A DNA stretch of 64,000 bases, from assembly GCA_028023455.1 (NCBI GenBank), contig JAQFVV010000003.1, forward strand, positions 13,082,001 through 13,146,000, in the 5' to 3' direction. Below the pieces are notes generated by a model. It was not told where the DNA came from. It saw only the letters and a program-made list of their open reading frames with translations, and ran no database searches. Made by a program: the position numbers and the translations under genes. This DNA is from Epiperipatus broadwayi. Lineage: Eukaryota; Animalia; Onychophora. Positions 62,241 to 64,000 of the stretch are shown here, one piece after another (positions within the stretch are counted from its first letter, which is position 1; each line of letters opens with the position of its first letter).

Positions 62241-63289
62241 ATAAAGGAATCATTAAAAAAAAGTTTTTTGCATTAAAGTGTATATGAAGGGGCTATTGTA
62301 AGCAATATATATGAATAATTTATAGTAGCAAGCTGTACTTGTTTTGGATTTTTAATCTCCACCTGAAATTCAGATGGTATCTGTATAGGATTATTTTTTA
62401 TTAATTGTTTTTTTTTGATACCAAACCACATCCTTGATAGAGTTACCACATTTATATATTAAAAATACAATAACATAAGTACTTAATTTTTACTATTTTT
62501 TATTTCATATCTGCCCAGAAGTCTTGTGTTTATTTGTTCTATGCCATTCATACTTTTCTATAGATTGTTTTTTTTCTATAGTCCTATGTAGTGATAAAAT
62601 GGCAGAGGCAGATGCAATAACTGAATAAAGTATAAATAAATTTGATCAATTGAATGCAATCTGTTGTATTCAAATCTGCCCCTAATGTTCTTGGGTGTCA
62701 CATGACTTTCTAAGCATACAATAATTTTTTTTATTATAAGAATTGTTTTTTGAAGAATTATTTATTATATTTCACATATGTTTGAAAATTGAGCATGTGA
62801 TTTTTATTTATAAATATCTTTCTATAGGAGTTTTCATTATATACTGAAAGAATGATAAACCATGTTATGACGTATATATTTTAGAATAATAGTAGTCAAA
62901 AAGAATTGGATTTCTTTTTCTATAGTAATAAAAACGTAACAAAAGATGTAACCATTACCTAATGAATATCAATGCTTTATTTTTTTGACTAAATAAAAGT
63001 GCTTTTATTTAAAAAAAACATTGAGATCACTCCTATGTTCATTTTAAAGATTTGTAAAAAATTGAAAATAAAAAATTATTTTCAAAAAATTCAATTATTT
63101 TATATATTCCTTGAAACTGTGATTTCTTTATATGAATAAATAAAAAGATGCAACATTCTATAAAGACTAAAAACTATTTCACATATGTTTTAGAGAGTAC
63201 CATATAAATGCTGATATGCAGTCAGATCTAAAATAACTTGAATAACTATATATGAAGAATACTGCTGAGTAATGGAATGAAATTAAACA

Positions 63290-64000
63290 GAAGATTAAAT
63301 TTTATGGATAATTTTTTGTAGCCCTATATTTTATGTGAAACTAAATTCATAATAGAATCAGAACAAGAACAAAAATTGGCATTCTTAGATGTTCTTGTGA
63401 CAAGTCTCTCTCATGGAAAAATCAAAATTACAGTTTATTGGAAACCTATCCATACAAGAAAATACTTAGTCTATACATCCAATCACACCAGAAACACAAA
63501 ACATGGAATTATACTATCACTATGGAATAGCAATGTTCAGAAACCAGCAATTGGGAAAATGAAAAGATCTATTTAGAACAAACTCTTATGAAAAATGGTT
63601 ATCCATCAGCTGTCCTTAAGAAAACCTTAAATAGACTACAAAAAGTACCATTAAAATTATTAGTACTACAGTGTATCCATAAATACCAAAAACAGTAGAC
63701 AAATTAAGGAAAATCTGCAATCAGTATAACATGAGAATAGCCTTCCAGAGCCATACTACACTATGACAAATTCTAATATCTACAAAGCCTAAACTTGAAA
63801 TGATGAAAAGAAAAAACTCCATCTATGAAATACCAAGTGAATATTGAAGAACATATATTGATGAGATCAGTCATCCCATTGAAAAGTGCTTGCAAGAACA
63901 CAAATTGATGATTAGAAGAGAGAAAACAGATATGATTTAGGTAGCAGATCATGTATGTACCAGTGAACATATGTTCAATTGGGAAAACAAAAATACTGGG
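63290..64000 (+). mobile_element. Penelope-like element fragment (RT C-terminus plus GIY-YIG), running off the window end
   Basis: KFIIESEQEQKLAFLDVLV...KITVYWKPIHTRKYL.YTSNHT..TKHGII, followed by a YEIPS..RTYI.E.S...EK.LQEHK-like GIY-YIG remnant. Confidence 0.85.

Noticed and set aside
1-64000. Most remaining short ORFs in the six-frame track, and CRISPR/rRNA/tRNA genes
   Set aside because: The short ORFs are low-complexity F/L/I/K/Y-rich products of AT-rich DNA or antisense shadows of TE ORFs. No repeat-spacer arrays, rRNA or intact tRNA cloverleafs were seen.

Overview
Very AT-rich eukaryotic genomic DNA, probably from an invertebrate (inference from composition and TE content). The only recognisable host gene is at the left edge: the last two coding exons of ribosomal protein eL29 (RpL29; 725-789 and 1344-1478, +). 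The rest is mostly decayed mobile DNA. It includes an old ~4.5 kb tandem segmental duplication (about 2220-6865 and 7455-15030) whose two copies later received different insertions; two hAT (Buster/Charlie-type) elements and a hAT MITE; a Tc1/mariner-type MITE; three LINE remnants; three Penelope-like (PLE) remnants; and a 13.4 kb Ty3/Gypsy element (40178-53551) with ~3.1-3.2 kb LTRs and a Merlin-like transposon inside its 5' LTR. The most coherent unusual system is a set of short non-coding retro-elements with monomers of about 410-435 nt. They are inserted as 'more than one monomer plus an inverted segment', with 13-14 bp TSDs where these can be read. Several carry type I minimal hammerhead ribozymes with a palindromic or near-palindromic stem III; one at 60813-60869 has a fully intact core. 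They lie alongside decayed autonomous PLEs, one of which ends in a hammerhead-like motif, so this looks like a PLE-dependent retrozyme-like system. All alignments and folds were done by eye, and boundaries of decayed elements are approximate.
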